Source: Selaginella moellendorffii | Taxonomy: Eukaryota > Plantae > Lycopodiophyta | DNA length: 64,000 nt | NCBI RefSeq assembly: GCF_000143415.4 | Contig: NW_003314268.1 | Location: 2,248,494 to 2,312,493 of the forward strand | Direction of reading: 5' to 3' | In this document: piece after piece, positions 46,166 through 59,130 of the stretch | Position numbering within the stretch: position 1 is the stretch's first letter | How the letters are laid out: every line of letters starts with the position of its first letter | Translations under genes and position numbers: made by a program | Notes under the pieces: model-generated | What the model saw: the letters and a program-made list of their open reading frames with translations, nothing else | What the model was told of the DNA's origin: nothing | Databases searched by the model: none

Positions 46166-49100
46166 GCTCGACCGCCACTCGCCGGATCTAGAGCCAGGCT
46201 GAGGGAATTGGTGGTCTTCGAGAAGGCTAGCAATAGAGAGCACGCTCGAAAACTATGGCGCCGAGCAAAAGAACGAAATCGAGGAGAGCTTTTCTCTGTT
46301 CGTAGCCTTTTCTCCTACACAGCTAGCGGAAGAAACAGTGAGAAAAGGTGGATTTGGAGAGCTTGGGAAAAGATCGAATTGTCGCCTGGGAAGAGAGAAA
46401 TGTGAGATCAAAGTAGCACGAACGAGCGAACAGAGCAACGAGGAGAGTCGAGACGAGCGAGAAATTTTTTCGTGCCGTGGCAGCTTTGCTCTCTCCCTCG
46501 TCGTCGTCAATTCTCCTCACTCTTGGCTCTGCGACAAAGCCGCCTTGGCTGTTTCTCAAAATTTGCCTGCCCACGCCTCGCAGAATTCAGCCGATCCCCA
46601 GAAACTCACGAGACACGCCTCGAATTCCACACCCCCACCTCGCCAAAAATTCTCCTTTCCCTCCCTGGATCAAGAACGAGCTCGATCCAAAACCCTGGAG
46701 TGATTTAGCGCCTCCACCTGCCAAAGATTTCCTACGGGAAACACCACACCCCGAGAGATCGCAACGCCGTTCGCTGATCTTCCGTAACAGCCACGGAAGA
46801 ACGAAAGCGCTCCCCCGTCGCGAAATCCCTCCGTTTTCCACAGCGCCCGATATCCCGGATCGCGATCGAAATTCGGCGGCGCCGCGAGAGATCTGGAGCG
46901 CCTGGACCGTCGAGAATGGCGAAGAAGCTCCGCGAGGCTACGCCACCACTGCCGCGATCCCCATCGCTATCGCCATAGCCGGGAGGGACGAACTCCGTTA
47001 ATTCGAAAAAGAGCCAAGACAAAAACGGAAACACTACACAATAAAGCTGCTTTGCGTAAGCTCGAATTAAACTGCCGCAAAGTGCGGGCATCGGACGGTC
47101 CGCATGCCATCCACCCCGTTTTACCTTTCACCCGTGAGATCTAACCGATGTCCATCTCCACAAATGGAGGAATGGAAGAAACCGGAGGGAGTTCCAATGC
47201 GTAACTTCTACGTAGACATTCTTTGCTTAGCTTAATCCCCCGGGTCGTTCTCAAGCTATATTGACATTCTTTTTGACTGCTGGATAAATTTAGCGGCCGT
47301 CCACGTGTTATCGGTCAGTATATCTTCCATCGTGGATGGCGACCGGACCATGTGAACAAAGAGATTGTGGCGCTATATTAGCGTATGGCGTCGACTACAC
47401 TCCTTTTTTGCCAGCGGTGGCGGGGAATCTACCATGCCGACGGCGGTGAATATTCCACTGCGTGGGGACCCCACCCCCACAGGGAAAGGCTGCCATTTGT
47501 TTGTGGAGGACAGGGCGATTTCCGTGTGGTTTCTTACAAGCGATCGCCTGCGCCTGGGAAGAGGGTGCATTTCAATTTCACCCTGATGTTTTTTAAAGTT
47601 TTCCATCACTGGCATGTCACAGCGATCTGATCACAAGAATACAAACACCATGCATCCGTCAATCATGTGCACCTGCATATAATTTACAATAACAATTGAT
47701 AACGGAGCTAATAAATATGGATAAGTATCCAAATGTATCCTATGATTGTCAAGAAGCACTTCGATCTGTTCCTATTGTCACAATACTTAGCTATAAGATT
47801 GCGTTTACAATCCATTGTATTGTACGCGACTGAAGAGTTATTCTACGTTAGCTAGCCAGATTTTTTAGGTCAAACTGCTGCATCCACCAACTTTAAAGGT
47901 GGATAGCTGGCCACCCAACCAAAAAGCAAATCTGACCGTTCAAACGTTCAAATCGAACCGTTGCTCAGTGCATGTGAGTGACATCAACCAGCAAAAGCCC
48001 ACTAGAGTTTGAAGTGAGAGTTTAAAGTGGGAGTAGCTAGAAGAAAAAGAATCCGGGGCATTTTTGGAATCGCCCGAATATTTCTTCGTATGAACTTTCA
48101 GGCAATGATCTCTGGCATTCATGAATCATGAATCGTAATCCCGGCCATTGGTATTCAATTAATTTGCTGATTCTGTTGTTGATGTCGCGGAGGAGATCCA
48201 CGGATCCGGTTTTTTATAAGTTTAAATGCAAACATTGCAATGCAACGCTGCTGGCTGCAAAAGTTTAACTCGTACTCTTTGTCCGCATGTGAGGGGTCTT
48301 TAGGGTGGCGGAACGTTAAAATCTTTGTGGCGCAAATAAATATCGTATAAAACACGTGCCCGTAATACGTATCCGAATAATCTCCATGTTGTTGGAGCAA
48401 CATGCGATGAACAGTCGATTAGATATGCTACAAACCTTTTATATATAAATCTAGGGTTTGCACATGGGGGGGGCATTTGTTTTCTGGCTTGCCACTTGCA
48501 AAAGAAAGTGACGCTGGGGAATCGAAGAATCCTTCATGGATGGAAGATGCCCGTGGAATCGCGAGGAATCCGGACGAACAACATGACGCAAGACAAAGAG
48601 AGCGTACCAAGGAGGAACCAAGTTTGCTAATGATTTGGAATCAATTTAGGTAGTACTTGCCTTTGCCATCCCTCTTGTTATATTCGCCAGGAAAGCTCTC
48701 CCTTGTGGACACTCGAACCCCCAACCTCCTGGGTGGAATTTTACTGGGCTAAAGCTCGCAGTTTTACCAGTGAGTTGAGTTCTTGCGCACGAGGCGATGG
48801 CAGAGGTCAAAACCTGGGGGTAAACTCGTGCATGAGCTTGTTAACCCGCCAGTGCTACATAGATCATCTAAATCTAGTGACAACGCTAAATCTTCCCCAC
48901 GCTGTTTTGTCCGCGGCGCCTGCACTGCTCTGGTCAGTGGTACCACGCTCAGCCAAATTCTTTTTAAAGCCTCTACATTTGTCAGCGGCCAGCAACCCGA
49001 TCGGACACACGAGCAAAAGTGCCGCCTCGCAGCACAGGCCATTTAAAATATGCAAGAAACAAAAAATATAAAAAATATAAAAATTGTTGGAATCTCTCGC

Positions 49101-49229
49101 TTATTAAGCAAGGTCACTCTAAAATCATGCTCCACCTCTTTCGCTTCAATGAAACACGCGCGCGCGCCAAACGTATGGCGCGCCAATGCGTCCGTTGCTT
49201 GCGACGGGATTGATTACTTTAAAAAGTTT

Positions 49230-49282
49230 CCCAGCTTCCAGGGGAAACTTATGGATCCCAGCTTCCAGGGAAAACTTATGGA
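49230..49282. repeat. 27-bp tandem duplication upstream of the nsLTP gene
   Basis: cccagcttccaggg(g/a)aaacttatgga present twice. Confidence 0.85.
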
Positions 49283-49302
49283 ACTTTAGTTCTTCTTCGG
49301 GG

Positions 49303-49647
49303 ATGGAGCTCAGATCTTCGGGTTGGATCTTCGTCCTGCCGCTGCTTCTAATCCTCGTGTTTACGTGCTTGGAAGGAACTTCACAGCGCACCGTGGCGGC
49401 CGCGAGCGATCGGGCACCGTGTTCCAACGAGAGGATGATTCCCGTGGCTGTGTTTTGCTTGCCTCTGATGGTTCCAAACGCGAGCAACTACAGGGAAGCC
49501 TTGCCTTTCTGCTGTCGATCCATGGCAAGCCTCAGCCCTGACTGCCTGTGCCTTGTCCTCACCACCAGAGTTCCTTGGCTTAACCCCGACTTACTGCTGA
49601 GCTTGCCAAATCTCTGTCAATTGTCTCTCAGCGACTGCAACCTCTAG
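49303..49647 (+). CDS. Non-specific lipid transfer protein / eight-cysteine-motif protein
   Basis: Signal peptide plus C-X11-C...CC...CLC...LPNLC...C pattern. Confidence 0.88.
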   Translation: MELRSSGWIFVLPLLLILVFTCLEGTSQRTVAAASDRAPCSNERMIPVAVFCLPLMVPNASNYREALPFCCRSMASLSPDCLCLVLTTRVPWLNPDLLLSLPNLCQLSLSDCNL

Positions 49648-49846
49648 TACAAAAGAAAAAAAAATCAATCCCAAAGCATTGTTTGGAGAAAGTTTTGCAC
49701 TTACTTGGTAGCTGGAAACTGGGATCCATGATCATGATCGCTGACTGTGATCGCAACACCTTCCATCAAAGAAAATAAAAAACCTGCCAAATATCAAGAT
49801 CCAAGCTTGCTTGCCTTGAGCGTTTTTTTACTAGCATCGTCGAAGG

Positions 49847-50730
49847 TTATTGCTCTGGAGATTTGCCTTGGATGTGTCTGTCAAGAAAGGCCTGCGCAGC
49901 GTTTCGGAAACGTACATTGACACATTCCAGCGCTGCGTAAGCTTTCATAGTCTCGATAACTGGAGGAGTTAAGATCTCTGGTAGAAACGAAAGAAGCTTG
50001 CGTTAAGCCGATGGAAGTTTCAGATTTGAGGCTCACCTTTTTCTGTCGAAGGCGTGCAGAGGTAGTATAGAGAAACGATCGCAGACAAGACCTGTTTTGG
50101 TTCTGGATTGGATTAAAAAACGCAGAAATAGAACGGTTTCGTCACTTCACCGTGTTCTCTACGTGGCTTGAGAGGCATGCAACGATCAAAGGAATGCCTT
50201 CGCAAGAAATGATCATCGAAGCGATTTGAGAGTCTGCGCAAACACGCTCTTTCTTGTTCGGTTTCCTTCAAAGCAGAAAGAGAAACGAAGCTCAGCTCAC
50301 CAGGGGAGCAGTTGCAAATTCCACCGATCGCAAACTCAACCAATCTTTCGTTCGGTTCCGTCAAGCAATCCAAGAAAAGCTCCACAATATTGAGCTGCAA
50401 ACAAAGTCCAAGAAACAGAATAAGAGAGATCCAGGGAACACACACTTTACCTCTCGAAAGTAGTCATAGTTGAATGGATCATACGCAAAATTCGCTAGAT
50501 GGGCCACGATTTGCTCCTTGGAGCCTGAAACGCAATGTGTATCCACAGTCTCATTATCTCAAATCTGACTCTTACCCTTCCCTCCTTGGAATCGCGTCAC
50601 AAGATCCTGGAAAACACGAGATCAAGAACCAATCGCTCCACATTGTCGATGTTCTAACCTGCAAGTACTGCCGCCGCGGAGTGCCATACCTTCCTTGGCG
50701 CTGCTTCTGCCGTTGAGCATCGGTAAACAT
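49847..50730 (-). CDS. ARMC7: Armadillo repeat-containing protein 7 homolog
   Basis: [24 protein letters not shown]|[51 protein letters not shown]. Confidence 0.9.
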
Positions 50731-51028
50731 AATTTAGGGTTTATCATAAAGCCCTCCTTGTTTGAAACGCTCCTGTCCTCTTTGTTTGCTAGGGCTGTGG
50801 ATCCGGGAGCTCGGGCGCCGGCGACGAATGTAGGTGAGTTTCTTGATCCGCCCGGTATCGTGCCGATTCTTACCTCGGAAGCTGCCAATCGCGTCGCGGC
50901 CGGACGCGATCGGCTCCTTCTGATGTAAAAATCGGCGAGCTGGAGCTGGAGGGCTCGTTGGTTCACAGATTTCGTGAGTTTTCCCCTTAAAATCTTCACC
51001 AAAGTTGTCTTAGTTCTACTGCAGGACC

Positions 51029-54000
51029 ATGGAGCCTCTCGATCGTAGAAGGCAGCCGGCTAAGAGGGTGTGCTACGAGAATAAAACACGGAGAAGGCAT
51101 GGCGGCTGCAAGCGTGAACGAGAGCGAGATCCAGAGGAAGAAGGGGGACGAGAAAAACGAGCTTACCTTGAGAAGGACGCCGATGGAAGGAACGTTCTCA
51201 AGTTTGGGATACGTGTGCCGGCTGCTAGAGGAGGTGCTGATCCTGTCACGGAGCCGTCCACGCAGAATGGATCTGCTGGGAAAGCTGGCAAGGAAAAAGT
51301 TTGCGTGGAACAAGCTAGAGCTTATCAGCTGGAAGTTCTAAGTCAGGCCGAGGAGGGAAACACGATTGCTTTTCTTGAGACTGGCGCTGGGAAGACGCTC
51401 ATCGCCGTGCTTCTGATGAAGAGAAAGGCCGAGCTGCTGCAGCGCAAGATACTTACAGTGTTTCTCGTCCCAAAAGTGCCTCTTGTGTATCAGGTAAGTT
51501 TCTGTGGAACCTGAGGATGCTTCTAAGTGCTTTGCTTTCTTTTACTTCTCCAGCAAGCAGAAGTTATTCGCGAGAGAACAAACTTCAATGTGGGACACTA
51601 TTGCGGTGAAATGGTTCAGGATTTCTGGGATTCTAAAAGATGGCAACGAGAGTTCCAGTCCAAAGAGGTTTATAGTGTCTTGTTTTGTCGTGCTTATGCT
51701 CAAGACCTTCCACAGGTTCTCGTAATGACAGCCCAGATCTTGCTCAACATACTAAGGCACTCCATTGTGAGAATGGAGGATATAGATTTGTTGATACTGG
51801 ACGAGTGCCATCACGCTGTTAAGAAACACCCGTACTCTCTCGTTATGTCGGAGTTTTATCATCTGGCTCCAAAAGAGAAGAGGCCTAAAATCTTTGGCAT
51901 GACCGCCTCTCCAGTGAACTTGAAAGGTGAGGCTTAATTCTTTGTCTATCTTGAGTCGTAAGTTATCCTTATCCTACTGCCCAGGGGTTTCAAATCAAGA
52001 GGACTGCGCAGTTAAAATCAGGAATCTAGAGACTAAACTGGACTCCGTGGTTTGCACCATTCGTGATCGGAAGGAACTAGAAAAACACGTTCCTATGCCA
52101 TCCGAAACCGTTGTAGAATATGACAAAGCCGCGGTGTTGTGGTCGCTTCGTGAGAAGATCAAGCAGATGAAGGAACAGGTGGAGGAAGCTTGCAGTGCGA
52201 GCTCCAAACGTACCAAATGGCAGTTTATGGGAGCCCGAGACGCAGGAGCAAGCGACGAGCTCCATTTTGTTTACGGGGTCGCTGAGCGCAAGGAAAGTGA
52301 CGGCGCTGCCAACTTACTGCAGAAACTAAGATCTATCATTTTTTGTTTGGATGAACTTGGACAATGGTGCGCGTACAAGGTATGGTCTTTCGTCCTGCAA
52401 CGGTAGCTGACTCTTGCTTACAGGTTGCATCTTCGTCCTTGGGGAATCTTCGACACGATGAAAGAACGGCCGATGTGAAGTACCAGGAGTTGTATTTGAC
52501 GAAAATTGTAGACATGTTAAAATGTGATCTCCAACAAGGTGCCGCGAGCAGCAGCAAGCTTGAAGCGGTCCATGGAGATGTCGAGGAAGGGGAAGTAATT
52601 GATACGAACTGTGAGTTGATTTGCTACTGGACATCGAAATTATTCTATTTCTCGTCTTTTCAGCTCTTTCAGGCGGAGAACATTTTGACGAGGTTCTCGG
52701 GGCCGCTGTTGCAGATAAAAAGGTAACGCCTAAGGTTCAAAGTTTGATCCAGATACTTCGAAAATACGAACATGTCGACGACTTCCGTGCTATAATCTTT
52801 GTAGATCGAGTGGTTGCTGCTCTGACGCTACCTTGCGTAAGTTTTCACTTTATAGCGCGATATTGGTTTTCCTCGAAATAACAACCATGCCTTGTGTAGG
52901 TTTTGTCGGAGTTGCCATCACTGAAGTATGTGCGCAGTGGAAGTCTGGTCGGTCATAATAATTCTCAAGATGTGTCCACCAGACATATGCATGACAGTTT
53001 GTCTAAGTTTCGTGACGGAAGTGTAAGTTTCGCTTTAGTTTTTTTTTTCTGTTTACAGTGTACGCTTACAGCTTAACGTCTTGGTTGCCACGAGCGTTGC
53101 GGAAGAAGGACTGGATATTCGCCAGTGCAATGTAGTTGTTCGATTTGATCTTGCCAAAACGGTGCTGGCTTATATACAATCTCGTGGCCGTGCTCGAAAG
53201 CCCGGATCAGACTACATTTTGATGCTTGAAAAGTATGTTACTTTTGTTTGTTCCATTGTTGCTTACTTCTCTTTTTTCTTTCAGAGGAAATAAGGTTCAT
53301 CAAAGTTTCCTTCGTAATGCTCGGAACAGTGAGGAAACATTACGAAAGGAGGCCACGGAAAGAACGAAACTCGATCCTTGGACAGAAGCGGCAATAGTCG
53401 CGTCTCTAGAAGATGGGAAAGGAGAAACGTATCAAGTTCCTTCAACTGGGGCAATGGTCACACTCAATTCAGCAGTTGGACTGATCCACTTCTATTGCTC
53501 TCAGCTTCCAAGTGACAGGTATTCTAAAACACGTCTTGTTCAAGTTTTTAAAACGTCGTTCTTTTGTAGATACTCGATTTTAAAACCGGAATTCGTTCTG
53601 ACAAAGCATTCGACAGGAGATGTCGTTTACTTTTCTTGTAAGCTTCGGCTTCCTTCTAATGCTCCCGTGGAGTCTTTCGATGGACCCGTATGCTCAACTA
53701 TGAAGGGAGCACAACAGGTAAGCATCCGTTTGAAAGTTGCTGGCTGTAAAAATGACGTGAGCGATTTTCCTGTTTAAGGCTGTGTGCTTGGAGGCATGCA
53801 AAAAGCTACACGAGATGGCAGCGTTTACAGATATGCTTTTGCCAGACACGGGTACATCAGACAAGTCCGACAAAGGCGAAGATAACGAAACTACAGATCC
53901 CATTCCAGGAACAGCTCGATATCGAGAGTATTTTCCTGAGGGGATTGCAGATTTTTTGAAGGTTCTTTTCTTGCTTTCAAATATTTTGTGTTTTTAGCTA

Positions 54001-57000
54001 GTAACTTCAGGGCGATTGGATCCTAAACACAAATTATTTGCTTTCTACGTCGCTATATATGTACATCATTCACTATTCGAACATTGGATTTTCAACTGAT
54101 CCTCTTGTAACACAAACTTCTGATTTTGCGGTCCTCTTCGGCAGGGAAATGGATCCAGAAGTAAGACGAAACAACGTTTTAAGTCGTTTTATTCATAAAA
54201 CTCGTTTGTACAGGTTTTGACGGCATCGGTAGATCTTTTCGTAGCACGAACACTAACTACACAAGCATCGTTAGTCTTTTCTGGAGTTCACCATATCACA
54301 TCGTCAGAGGTAACGAGCCAAAAGCTCTTCCCAGTCTCATCAATTTTCTTCCTTCGATGCAGCTCACATTGTTGAAGGCATTTCACGTTCGACTTATGAG
54401 TATCGTTCTGGACGTGGATGTGGAACCTGCATCGACACCTTGGGATTCAAATAAAGCATACCTCTTCGTCCCATTAACATCAAGCTGCACAAAACAGATC
54501 GATTGGGCTCTAATGAACGAAGTTCTTGGTTCCCATGCATGGTCAAGTCCACTTCAGAGAGCAAGACCGGATGTTTTCCTGGGAACCAACGAGAGAGCCT
54601 TGGGTGGCGATAGAAGAGAATACGGCTTCAGCAAACTTCGATCCAACGGGGTTCAGAAGCATCCCACTTATGGGATTCGGGGAGCTGTGGCTGAGTTTGA
54701 TGTTATCAAGGCTTCTGGGATAGCTCCTTTACGGGAAAAACTGGAGCCTGAAGGAAGACAGTTGCTGTTGGCCGATGGCTATGCTAATATGGACGAAATG
54801 GATGGTAAACTTGTCACTGCGGCTCATTCCGGGAAACGGTTCTACGTAGAATCCGTGATGAGGGAGATGACTGCCGAGTCTCCATTTCCACGCAAAGAAG
54901 GCTACCTGGGGTCGGTGGAGTACAGCTCGTATGCAGATTATTACGAGCAGAAGTAAGCAGTGAAATGTTGTAAGCTTAGAAACTAACTGCGTGTGCAGGT
55001 ATGGAGTTCGTCTACATTGCCGGCACCAGCCTATGCTTCGCTGTCGTGGGGTTTCGCATTGCAAAAATCTTCTCTCGCCTCGGTTTAAACTACTAGAGAG
55101 TACGTTTTCTTCGTTTACAGTGTCGCTTTTAGCTGACTCTTGGTCTGCTGTAGGCTCGGAGGAACTCTCAGATAAAACGTACTACGTCATGTTACCTCCT
55201 GAGATTTGCCTTGTGCATCCTCTTCCAGGTTGCCTGGTTCGAGGAGCGCAGCGATTGCCTTCAGTGATGAAACGCGTGGAGAGCATTTTACTCGCAGTAC
55301 AGCTGAAGCACGAGATTGGTTTTCCCATTCCAGCTGCGAAGGTGACCAACTTTTGTTTCAAACTTGACAATTCTTGACAATGTTTTTCAGGTTTTGGAAG
55401 CTTTGACGGCCGCATCTTGCCAAGAAACATTCTCCTACGAACGAGCCGAGCTTCTTGGAGATGCATATTTGAAGTGGGTCGTCAGTAGGAGACTCTTCAT
55501 TAAGCATCCTAGAAAACACGAGGGTCAACTTACAAGGATGCGACAACAAACTGTCAGTAACATGGTACTCTACGAGTTCGCTATTTCGAAGAGCTTGCAG
55601 AGCTACATTCAGTCGGACAGATTTGCTCCTTCTCGTTGGGCTGCACCGGGAGTTCCTCCTGTCTTTGATGAAGATCTCAAGGACTCCAACTTAGACAATG
55701 AAGCAGCAGAGGTTCCCAAAGCTAGCGAGCATGAAGAGAGGTCTACCAAAAGCAGTGGAGAGGAAGAAGTTTTAGATGATTCAACGAGCTTGGAAGATGG
55801 CGAGGCTGAATGGGATTCAAGCTCCTACAGGGTTTTATCAAGCAAAACGTTGGCTGATGTGGTGGAAGCCTTGATAGGTGTTTATTACGTCGAAGGTGGT
55901 ACTAAGGCAGCAGCTCATTTTATGAATTGGATCAGCATTCCAATCGACTATGACGAGGCTGAGGCTAATGCGGCAAGAGCTGGCTGCTCTGTCCCCGACT
56001 CGGTGATGAACAGCATCGACTTCGAGAAATTGGAGCTTGCCATTGGATACAAATTCCAGATGAAAAGCGTACTTGTGGAAGCTATATCTCACGCGTCTCG
56101 GCCATCAGCTGGAGTGCCGTGCTACCAGAGACTGGAGTTTGTGGGTGACGCCGTCCTAGATCATCTTATAACTCGGTATCTCTTCTTCCGCTACCAGGAT
56201 TTGCCACCGGGACGTTTAACTGATCTACGCGCAGCAGCTGTAAACAACGAAAACTTCGCAAGGATATCCGTGAAGCACTCTTTTCACCTCCACTTGCGCC
56301 ATGGATCGTCAGCGTTAGAGGCACAGGTGAGCTGACAAAAGCTTGGAAACTAAGTGTTGACGATGTGCTCTTTGTTGTTTTGGCAGATCAAAGATTTTGT
56401 GAAAGACATACAGTCCGAGCTCGACAAGCCTGGCATCAACTCTTTCGGGATTGGTGATTTCAAAGCTCCCAAAGTCCTAGGGGACATTCTAGAATCTATA
56501 GCCGGTGCAATATTTCTCGACACTGGTCTGGCCGCTGATGAAGTCTGGAAGGTAAGCTCGTTTACAATTCTCTGGTGCTCGCTTGAAAACTAGCATTGTC
56601 TTCCAGGTCTTCGAGCGCTTGCTCGAGCCAATGGTCACTCCAGACACCTTGCCGGTCCATCCCGTGAGAGAACTCCAAGAGAGATGCCAGCAGCAAGCCG
56701 AGGGACTGGAATACCGGGCCTCGAGAGAAGGAAGCATTGCGACAGTGGAGGTGTTCGTGGATGGCGTCCAGATTGGCTGCGCACAGAACACACAGAAGAA
56801 GATGGCGCAAAAGCTGGCTGCGAGGAACGCGTTGGCGGCGCTCAAGGAGAGGGACTCGCTTGAGGAAGAGAGCAACAAGGTGGCCAAGATGGAGAACGAA
56901 AAGGCCAACGCTTTCACAAGGCAGACGCTCAACGATATTTGCTTGCAGCGGCAGTGGCCAATGCCGCAGTACAGGTACTGTGAAGCTCTTCACTCTTCCC

Positions 57001-57284
57001 TCCTTTTCGATTTCCTTCCTCTTTGGATTAGATCGATTTCTCTGACGAGATTTTGGAACTTTGGTTCGTGCTTTGACAGGCTGCTGAGCGAGAGTGGACC
57101 GGCGCATGCCAAGAGATTTACTTACACTGTGCGTGTAAATACGAGGGAGCGCGGATGGACTGACGAATGCGAAGGCCAGGCGATGCCCAGCATGAAGAAA
57201 GCAAAGGACTCGGCGGCCTTGGTTTTGCTAGAGGTACTCAAACAGTGGGACGATATTGGGACAAAGGCACCCCTCAAGCCCTAA
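51029..57284 (+). CDS. DCL1: Dicer-like 1 (helicase, DUF283, PAZ, two RNase III, two dsRBD)
   Basis: [118 protein letters not shown]. Confidence 0.97.
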
Positions 57285-57363
57285 TTTTAAAAATTTTAAA
57301 TTCAAATAAGAATATGCTTCCCTAAAACCCTAAGTTTTATTTCAAATAGGGATATGCTTGCTA

Positions 57364-58923
57364 ATGTCGCGGGACTCCATTGTCTCGTCCCTGCGGCAAT
57401 GCGGGGACGCGATCGCTGGCAGGGCGATCCACGCGCGGATCCTCGCCGGTGGTTTCATCGGCGACACCTTCCTTGCGAATCTCCTCATCCAGATGTACGC
57501 GCGCTGCGGCAGCGTCGGCGAGGCGCGCGCAGTCTTCGATCGCCTGGCGCGGAAGAATCTCTTCTCCTGGACGCTGATGATCGCGGCGTATCACGACTGT
57601 GGATCCAGCGGCGACGCGATCGTCCTCTTCCGGGCCATGGCGCTCGACGGGGGATCGCGCCCCGACGCCGTACTGCTCGTCACCGTCCTGGGCGCCGTGG
57701 CGGCCGCGGGAACCCTAGCGCTGGGCGAGGCGATCCACGAGCAGATTGATGCCGCTGGTGGAAATCTCGACGTGTTCGTGGGATCGGCACTGGTGAGCAT
57801 GTATGGGAGGCGCGGCAGCGTCGATCGCGCGGCCGCGGCGTTCGATCGCATCGAGGAGCGTAATATCGTTGCCTGGAACGCGATGCTCACGGCGTATGCC
57901 CAGGCCGGGGATCCAGCACCAGCGCTCCAGCTCGCGGCAGTTATGGATCTCGAAGGGCTGGATTTCACGGACGTGAGCTACATTTGCATCCTCGAAGCCT
58001 GCGCGCTCCTCGGATCGCTCCCGCGAGCGCGATCGATCTACCAGCGGGCGCTGGCGTCGGGATTGATCGCAGCGTTTCCAGCGGTGGGGAATTCCGCGGT
58101 GGACGCGCTGGCGCGGTGTGGCGGCGTGGAGGACGCGCGGTCGGCCTTCGAATCCATCGACTCCAAGACGGTGGTGTCGTGGACGGCGATGGTGGCGGCT
58201 TACGTCCAGCACGGCCGTGGCGGCGACGCCATCGCGATCTTCCGGCGGATGGACTTGGAGGGGTCCAAGCCCAACGAGGTGACGATGATCAACATCCTCG
58301 GCGCTTGCTCCGGCCCGGAGGATCTCGCGCGGGGGAGAGCTCTCAGCCGCCGTGTTCTTGGCAGCGGCCATGGCGGGGGAGTGATCGTGTCCAATTGCCT
58401 CATCGGCATGTATGGGCGATGCGGGAGCTCGGCCGAGGCGCTGGCGATCTTCGCCGCGATGCGCGACAGATCCACCGCGTCGTGGAACGCGGCCATAGCG
58501 GCAGTGGCGAGAGAGGGCGATTGGAGCAGGGTGTTCGAGCTCCATCGCGAGATGATAGGCGAGGGGGTAGCACCGGACGGGATCACTTCCACGGTGGTGC
58601 TCTACGCTTGCAGCCACTCCGGATCGCTGGAGCAAGGCTGCTGCTACTTCACACTGCTGGGACAGGACTTTGGGATCGATCGAGACGAGGGGCACTACAG
58701 CTGCTTGATCGACATGCTTGGGCGAGCGGGGAGAGTGAGGGAGGCGGAGGAGGTCATCGAGGAGATGCCATGCCCCGCCAGCTTCGTGGCCCGCAAGGCT
58801 TTGCTTGCGGCTTGCAGGACCCAGAGCAACGTGGACGTGGCGAGGAACGCCTTCCAGCTCCAGAGCGAGTCGGCGTCCTACGTGATGCTCTCGGACTTAT
58901 TCCGGCAGCTCCAGAGAAGATGA
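57364..58923 (+). CDS. PLS-class PPR protein with truncated E domain, intronless, GC-rich
   Basis: LIQMYARCGS.GEA..VFD, N.FSWT.MI.AY, MDLEG repeats; ACSHSG, HYSCLIDMLGRAG, LLAACR, YVMLSD. Confidence 0.92.
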   Translation: MSRDSIVSSLRQCGDAIAGRAIHARILAGGFIGDTFLANLLIQMYARCGSVGEARAVFDRLARKNLFSWTLMIAAYHDCGSSGDAIVLFRAMALDGGSRPDAVLLVTVLGAVAAAGTLALGEAIHEQIDAAGGNLDVFVGSALVSMYGRRGSVDRAAAAFDRIEERNIVAWNAMLTAYAQAGDPAPALQLAAVMDLEGLDFTDVSYICILEACALLGSLPRARSIYQRALASGLIAAFPAVGNSAVDALARCGGVEDARSAFESIDSKTVVSWTAMVAAYVQHGRGGDAIAIFRRMDLEGSKPNEVTMINILGACSGPEDLARGRALSRRVLGSGHGGGVIVSNCLIGMYGRCGSSAEALAIFAAMRDRSTASWNAAIAAVAREGDWSRVFELHREMIGEGVAPDGITSTVVLYACSHSGSLEQGCCYFTLLGQDFGIDRDEGHYSCLIDMLGRAGRVREAEEVIEEMPCPASFVARKALLAACRTQSNVDVARNAFQLQSESASYVMLSDLFRQLQRR

Positions 58924-59130
58924 TCCCCTTGTAAGTTTTGCTCGTGATCACTTTTTGGTTCACAGAAAAAATGTCTAAGATCAGTCATGGATCGAAGGTA
59001 CGAATGCTGTGTAAAAATCTCTTTTTTTCTCTGTTCATACAAAAGCATTTCCCATTCCAGACTAGCTACGCTGTGCTCGAAGGAGCAGTGAATTCACATC
59101 ATGGCAGCGCGAAAGATCTTTCAGCTAAGG

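Noticed and set aside
47000-49200. Short ORFs and possible ncRNAs upstream of KRP
   Set aside because: No recognisable protein motif, snoRNA box pair or long hairpin found by eye.
57715-58934. Long overlapping ORFs (326 aa minus, 316 aa plus)
   Set aside because: Stop-poor alternative frames of a very GC-rich PPR gene.
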